Positions 56,543 through 64,000 of a DNA stretch of 64,000 nucleotides are shown piece by piece. The translations under genes and the position numbers were made by a program. Location of the stretch: contig JAWGIA010000003.1 in assembly GCA_032560535.1 (NCBI GenBank), forward strand, positions 10,842 to 74,841, read 5' to 3'. The notes below the pieces were generated by a model, which searched no databases, had not been told where the DNA came from, and saw only the letters and a list, made by a program, of their open reading frames with translations. The number at the start of each line of letters is the position of its first letter. Position 1 is the first letter of the stretch. This DNA comes from Streptococcus parasanguinis. GTDB taxonomy: Bacteria; Bacillota; Bacilli; Lactobacillales; Streptococcaceae.

Positions 56543-57037
56543 ATGCATGTATCAATGAGTGAAATTATTGGTAACTTTATTCTCATTGCTGGTTCCTTCC
56601 TATTATTAATCTTTTTAATAAAGAAATTTGCATGGAACAATATCAATGGAATTTTAGAAGCGCGTGCCAAAAAGATTACAGATGATATTGATGGAGCAGA
56701 ATCAGCTCGTCAAAAAGCTGAGGAACTAGCAAGTAAACGTGAAGAAGAGTTGGCAGGTAGCCGCAAAGAAGCTGCGTCTATCGTCGAAAATGCAAAGGAA
56801 ACTGCAGAAAAGAATAAATCTCAGATCCTTTCAGAAGCCACTCAAGAAGCAGTACGTTTGAAAGAAAAAGCGCAACAAGAAATTGCGCATAACAAAGAAG
56901 AAGCATTGAACAGTATCAAAGGTGATGTGGCAGATCTCACTGTCAATCTTGCCAGCAAATTGTTGAGCCAACAGCTGGATGCTGAAGGTCAACGCCAACT
57001 GATCGATCGCTATCTTGATGAATTAGGAGAAGCCTAA
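56543..57037 (+). CDS. atpF: F0F1 ATP synthase subunit b
   Basis: 164 aa with one N-terminal TM plus a long charged helix. Confidence 0.93.
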   Translation: MHVSMSEIIGNFILIAGSFLLLIFLIKKFAWNNINGILEARAKKITDDIDGAESARQKAEELASKREEELAGSRKEAASIVENAKETAEKNKSQILSEATQEAVRLKEKAQQEIAHNKEEALNSIKGDVADLTVNLASKLLSQQLDAEGQRQLIDRYLDELGEA

Positions 57038-57573
57038 TGGACAAAAAGCAACTGATGGTGATTGAGAAATATACCCAGCCTTTTGTTCAATTGGTCTTTG
57101 AAAAAGGAGAACAAGACCTAGTCTTTGAAAAATTGACTCAAATCAAGGGTATTTTTGAAGAGACTGGACTTGCTAACTTCTTAGCTCATATCGGTGTAGA
57201 GGATGAAGAGAAAGCAAAAAGTCTCAGACTTTTTCAACCCTCGGATTCACAATTACTCGACCATTTGATTGAAGTGGTTATTCTCAATCATCGTGAAGCC
57301 TTATTTTATGACATTGTAACGATTTGTTTGGATCAGATTCAACTGTTGAGCAACGCTTTTGTCGTCACTGTTACGACGGTTGCTGGTTTGGATCCTGTTC
57401 AAGAGCAAAAGCTAATCCCCATTATCGAAAGAAAATTTGGGATTCAAGTTCGCTCGATCCAACAAAAGATCGATCCAGATTTAATTGGTGGCTTTGTCGT
57501 GACAGCCAATCATAAAACGTTGGATACCAGTCTCAAACACCAATTGCAAGTTATAAAATCTAAATTGAAATAG
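57037..57573 (+). CDS. atpH: F0F1 ATP synthase subunit delta
   Basis: 178 aa, called from its position between b and alpha. The start overlaps the atpF stop (TAATG). Confidence 0.9.
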   Translation: MDKKQLMVIEKYTQPFVQLVFEKGEQDLVFEKLTQIKGIFEETGLANFLAHIGVEDEEKAKSLRLFQPSDSQLLDHLIEVVILNHREALFYDIVTICLDQIQLLSNAFVVTVTTVAGLDPVQEQKLIPIIERKFGIQVRSIQQKIDPDLIGGFVVTANHKTLDTSLKHQLQVIKSKLK

Positions 57574-57585
57574 AAAGTGGTGTGA

Positions 57586-59094
<1,509 letters not shown>

Positions 59095-59109
59095 AAATAG
59101 GAGTGGAAG

Positions 59110-59991
59110 ATGGCAGTTTCATTAAATGATATAAAAAATAAAATTGCATCCACTAAAAATACTAGTCAAATTACCAATGCCATGCAGATGGTGTCTGCTG
59201 CTAAACTCGGAAAATCTGAGCAAGCAGCCAAGGATTTTCAGGTTTATGCCGCTAAGGTACGTAAGTTACTAACAGACTTGCTCCATGGACATGAAACAGA
59301 AAATGCTAAGTCCCATCCCATGTTGGTGAGTCGGCCGGTAAAAAAGACAGCTTATATCGTGATTACATCCGATCGTGGTTTGGTCGGAGGCTACAATGCC
59401 TCCATCCTTAAAACCATGATGGAAATGAAGGCAGAATACCATCCAACTGGAGATGACTTTGAAGTGATCTGTATTGGAAGTGTCGGGGCGGATTTCTTCC
59501 GTGCCCGTGGGATTCAGCCGGTTTATGAATTGCGTGGTTTGCCTGATCAACCTAGCTTTAAGGAAGTTCGTACGATCATTTCGAAAACAGTCCAAATGTA
59601 TCAGGAAGGCTTGTTTGATGAGTTGTACGTCTGTTACAACCATCACGTCAACAGTTTGACTAGCCAAATGCGTGTGGAACAGATGCTTCCAATTATTGAT
59701 TTGGACCCCAATGAAGCAGATGAGGATTATGTATTGAATCTAGAATTGGAATCTAGTCGAGATGCCATCTTGGATCAATTGCTCCCTCAATTTGCTGAAA
59801 GCATGATCTATGGTGCCATTATTGATGCTAAAACAGCTGAAAATGCTGCGGGGATGATGGCCATGCAAACTGCAACAGACAATGCCAAGAAAGTCATTGA
59901 TGAATTAACGATTCAATACAACCGTGCTCGTCAAGCAGCGATTACGCAAGAAATTACAGAAATCGTTGCAGGTGCTAGCGCCCTTGAATAG
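59110..59991 (+). CDS. atpG: F0F1 ATP synthase subunit gamma
   Basis: 293 aa. The C-terminus [16 protein letters not shown] is typical of gamma subunits. Confidence 0.96.
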   Translation: MAVSLNDIKNKIASTKNTSQITNAMQMVSAAKLGKSEQAAKDFQVYAAKVRKLLTDLLHGHETENAKSHPMLVSRPVKKTAYIVITSDRGLVGGYNASILKTMMEMKAEYHPTGDDFEVICIGSVGADFFRARGIQPVYELRGLPDQPSFKEVRTIISKTVQMYQEGLFDELYVCYNHHVNSLTSQMRVEQMLPIIDLDPNEADEDYVLNLELESSRDAILDQLLPQFAESMIYGAIIDAKTAENAAGMMAMQTATDNAKKVIDELTIQYNRARQAAITQEITEIVAGASALE

Positions 59992-60067
59992 TTGTCGGAT
60001 ACAATTTTAAATACAAAAACAGATGCTCGAAAGAGAACTTTTGAGCAGTAGAAATTACTTAGAATAG

Positions 60068-61483
<1,416 letters not shown>

Positions 61484-61496
61484 GAAGAGGTGAAAG

Positions 61497-61916
61497 ATGA
61501 GTCAAATGAACGTCCAAATCGTTACACCGGATGGACTGGTTTATGATCATCATGCCGCATTTGTATCTGTCAAGACAATTGATGGTGAATTAGGGATTTT
61601 ACCTCATCATATCAATACCATTGCGGTTTTGGCTGTAGACCAAGTAAAGGTTCGTCGTGTCGACGATGACAAACATATTGATTGGATTGCAGTCAATGGG
61701 GGGATTATCGAAGTAGCTGATAATGTCATTACCATTGTTGCCGATTCTGCCGAACGTGCTCGAGATATCGACATTAGTCGTGCAGAACGTGCCAAACTGC
61801 GAGCTGAAAAAGCGATTGAAGAAGCCAAAGATCAGCATTCGGTTGATATGGAACGTCGTGCTAAAATTGCTCTTCAACGCGCCATTAACCGGATTAATGT
61901 CGGAAATCGTTTATAA
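61497..61916 (+). CDS. atpC: F0F1 ATP synthase subunit epsilon
   Basis: 139 aa, last gene of the operon. Confidence 0.95.
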   Translation: MSQMNVQIVTPDGLVYDHHAAFVSVKTIDGELGILPHHINTIAVLAVDQVKVRRVDDDKHIDWIAVNGGIIEVADNVITIVADSAERARDIDISRAERAKLRAEKAIEEAKDQHSVDMERRAKIALQRAINRINVGNRL

Positions 61917-61924
61917 GATATTCA

Positions 61925-61958
61925 AATAAGGTGGAGGTTTTGTCCTCACCTTATTTTT
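61925..61958 (+). terminator. Rho-independent terminator after atpC
   Basis: AATAAGGTGGAGG-ttttgt-CCTCACCTTATT then TTTT. Confidence 0.8.
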
Positions 61959-62012
61959 GTTGGGAGAGAATCAAAAGAAGAAAGTACGGACCAAATATGG
62001 TATAATAGCTGT

Positions 62013-62243
62013 ATGATTCAAATGATTTTTAATCTTTCAAGCCATCTATTGTTTATCTTTTTTGCCTATTACCTATTGATAAACCTGGTTCAATGGGAAA
62101 AGTTTTTAAAAGTAAGTGCTGAAAATGCGGTTAAAATCCGTTTTTTGATCTTGATGATCAGCGTTGGAATCGGCTATCTAGCCAGCTCATTTTTTATCAG
62201 CGTGTATGAGATGAGTCGGCAGATTTTTATTGGCCAATTCTAG
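62013..62243 (+). CDS. DUF1146 (YwzB-like) small membrane protein
   Basis: 76 aa, 2 TM. The position between atpC and murA matches ywzB in B. subtilis. Confidence 0.65.
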   Translation: MIQMIFNLSSHLLFIFFAYYLLINLVQWEKFLKVSAENAVKIRFLILMISVGIGYLASSFFISVYEMSRQIFIGQF

Positions 62244-62309
62244 CCACATTTTATAAAAAATATGGTATGATAGAAAGCGTGACTTTAAGAAATTGGAGAA
62301 CAATCCCGT

Positions 62310-63593
62310 ATGGAAAAAATAATTGTTAATGGTGGTCATAATCGACTGGTTGGAACTGTCAAAATCGAAGGAGCAAAAAATGCTGTCCTTCCTCTTCTTG
62401 CTGCAACAGTTCTAGCAAGTGAGGGCGTGACAACCTTGAAAAATGTACCTGTTTTATCAGATGTCTTTACAATGAACAATGTTGTTCGTGGGTTGAATGC
62501 ACAAGTGACCTTCAATGAAGAAGAAAATACAGTTGTCGTAGATGCACGAGAGAAATTGTCTGAGGAAGCACCTTATAAATATGTGAGTAAGATGCGGGCT
62601 TCTATCGTTGTCTTGGGTCCTGTCTTGGCACGCAATGGCCATGCTAAAGTTTCCATGCCTGGAGGCTGTACGATCGGTAGTCGTCCGATTGACCTCCATC
62701 TGAAAGGTCTGGAAGCTATGGGAGCTGAAATTACCCAAACAGCTGGCTATATTGAAGCAAAAGCAGATCGTCTAAAGGGTGCACACATCTATATGGACTT
62801 CCCATCAGTTGGGGCGACACAAAATATTATGATGGCCGCAACCTTGGCTGATGGAGTCACTGTAATTGAAAATGCAGCTCGGGAACCTGAAATTGTTGAC
62901 CTAGCACTTTTGCTCAATAAAATGGGGGCTACTGTCAAGGGGGCAGGAACTGAGACCTTGACCATCGTTGGTGTGGAGAGCTTGCACGGTGCAGACCACA
63001 ATGTTGTGCAAGACCGCATCGAGGCTGGAACCTTTATGATTGGGGCAGCCATGACTGGTGGAGACGTCTTGATCGAAGATGCCATTTGGGAACACAACCG
63101 TCCGCTTCTATCTAAGATGCAGGAGATGGGTGTAACGGTAACCGAAGAAGAAAATGGCATTCGGATTCAGTCGGATATCAGTAAGCTCCGTCCAGTAACC
63201 GTTAAAACCCTTCCCTACCCAGGATTCCCAACCGATATGCAGGCTCAATTCACAGCCTTGATGGCCATGGCTAAAGGTGAGTCCACCATGATTGAAACGG
63301 TCTTTGAGAATCGCTTCCAGCATTTGGAAGAAATGCGTCGAATGGGCGTTCACTCGGATATTATGCGGGATACAGCTCGTATCGTTGGAGGGGAAAGCTT
63401 CCAAGGTGCAGAGGTCATGTCGACCGATTTACGAGCAAGTGCAACCTTGGTCTTGATGGGCTTGGTAGCAGAAGGAGAAACGAAAGTCAGCAAATTAAGT
63501 CACTTAGATCGTGGTTATTATCAATTCCATGAGAAATTGGTGGCGCTAGGTGCAGACGTGAAACGTGTAGAGGAAGCAGACGATGAAAACTAA
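62310..63593 (+). CDS. murA: UDP-N-acetylglucosamine 1-carboxyvinyltransferase
   Basis: 427 aa with the active-site Cys loop [12 protein letters not shown]. Confidence 0.97.
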   Translation: MEKIIVNGGHNRLVGTVKIEGAKNAVLPLLAATVLASEGVTTLKNVPVLSDVFTMNNVVRGLNAQVTFNEEENTVVVDAREKLSEEAPYKYVSKMRASIVVLGPVLARNGHAKVSMPGGCTIGSRPIDLHLKGLEAMGAEITQTAGYIEAKADRLKGAHIYMDFPSVGATQNIMMAATLADGVTVIENAAREPEIVDLALLLNKMGATVKGAGTETLTIVGVESLHGADHNVVQDRIEAGTFMIGAAMTGGDVLIEDAIWEHNRPLLSKMQEMGVTVTEEENGIRIQSDISKLRPVTVKTLPYPGFPTDMQAQFTALMAMAKGESTMIETVFENRFQHLEEMRRMGVHSDIMRDTARIVGGESFQGAEVMSTDLRASATLVLMGLVAEGETKVSKLSHLDRGYYQFHEKLVALGADVKRVEEADDEN

Positions 63594-63771
63594 TCTTCGC
63601 TATGTTGGAAAACAGCTAGGAATTGTCCTCCTGTTGGCTGTGATTGCCATCATCATTTTTGCAGTTGGTTTGGTCATTGGCTATGGAGTGATTGGCGATG
63701 GAAAAAATCCATGGTCCATTCTCTCTCCGGATACCTGGTCAGAAATTATTGGAAAACTAACAGGCAAATAA
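63583..63771 (+). CDS. epuA: EpuA-like small membrane protein
   Basis: 62 aa, single TM. It overlaps the murA end by 11 nt and sits between murA and endA, as I recall for S. pneumoniae. Confidence 0.55.
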   Translation: MKTNLRYVGKQLGIVLLLAVIAIIIFAVGLVIGYGVIGDGKNPWSILSPDTWSEIIGKLTGK

Positions 63772-63798
63772 GCTTTTAACTAAAATTGAGTAAAAAGG

Positions 63799-63844
63799 AG
63801 AGCAGCGAATCGAGTCAATGACCCATCTAGCGCTGCTCTTTTTT
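63799..63844 (+). terminator. Terminator-like hairpin with a long loop
   Basis: AGAGCAGCG (63799-63807) pairs with CGCTGCTCT (63831-63839), then TTTTT. The loop is 23 nt. Confidence 0.5.
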
Positions 63845-63854
63845 GGAGAGAGGT

Positions 63855-64000
63855 ATGGCAAAACAAACAGTAAGCAAACGAACCAAACAAACACTAGCAG
63901 GTTTTGTGGTGGCAACGGCCCTAGCTATTGGTGGCTATTATTTTAATCAACCGACGGTAAAAGAAGCGACAGATCAGGTTGTTTCGGTGGTGACCAGTAG
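63855..64000 (+). CDS. endA: DNA-entry nuclease EndA, N-terminal fragment (3' end outside window)
   Basis: ATG 63855. The N-terminal membrane anchor MAKQTVSKRTKQTLAGFVVATALAIGGYYFNQ resembles pneumococcal EndA. Only 48 codons are visible. Confidence 0.5.
   Translation, partial: MAKQTVSKRTKQTLAGFVVATALAIGGYYFNQPTVKEATDQVVSVVTS

Overview
This is a 64-kb chromosomal segment whose gene content and order match an oral/viridans Streptococcus (mitis/sanguinis type, roughly 40-43% GC by eye). I count about 57 protein-coding genes. I saw no rRNA, tRNA or CRISPR array.

Recognisable blocks, in order:
- the 3' end of a CshA-like helicase gene, then a LacX/aldose-epimerase-like gene
- an overlapping methyltransferase + GIY-YIG pair
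- a DUF4352 lipoprotein, a P-type ATPase and a PlsC-like acyltransferase
- the late-competence genes comEA-comEC behind a TACGAATA com-box
- a DUF805 protein, holA, sodA, a DUF853 ATPase and a membrane serine hydrolase
- the complete arginine deiminase locus flp-arcABCDT, with a convergent small-ORF-queA-arcR unit
- nagB, a PBP3-type DD-carboxypeptidase, an MFS transporter and a lipoprotein
- coiA-pepF-O-methyltransferase-prsA
- a T-box leader in front of a LURP-one-like gene and alaS
- nrdHEF, ptsHI and glgBCDA
- a 1984-aa M26 zinc metalloprotease (IgA1-protease/ZmpB family)
- the F0F1 atp operon (c-a-b-delta-alpha-gamma-beta-epsilon), a ywzB-like gene, murA, epuA and the 5' end of endA

I do not see a convincing novel multi-gene system. 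There is no defence-island, phage, toxin or biosynthetic signature, and almost every ORF is recognisable core metabolism.

The features most worth a second look are mostly non-coding:
- a 418-bp ORF-less, MITE-like insertion with terminal inverted repeats, sitting between two exact 31-nt copies of the arcT/arcR terminator; it may carry a small RNA gene
- a second, related structured repeat at 3373-3524
- a small SD-led ORF at 512-670 faced by a predicted antisense transcript
- four genes with an extended -10 box placed 6-9 nt from the ATG and no SD (leaderless-type)
- a T-box with a putative GCU specifier that governs a LURP-one-like gene as well as alaS
- an 81-bp x 4.8 tandem repeat inside the metalloprotease gene

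All family calls come from motifs read in the translations and from remembered gene neighbourhoods. No database search was possible.
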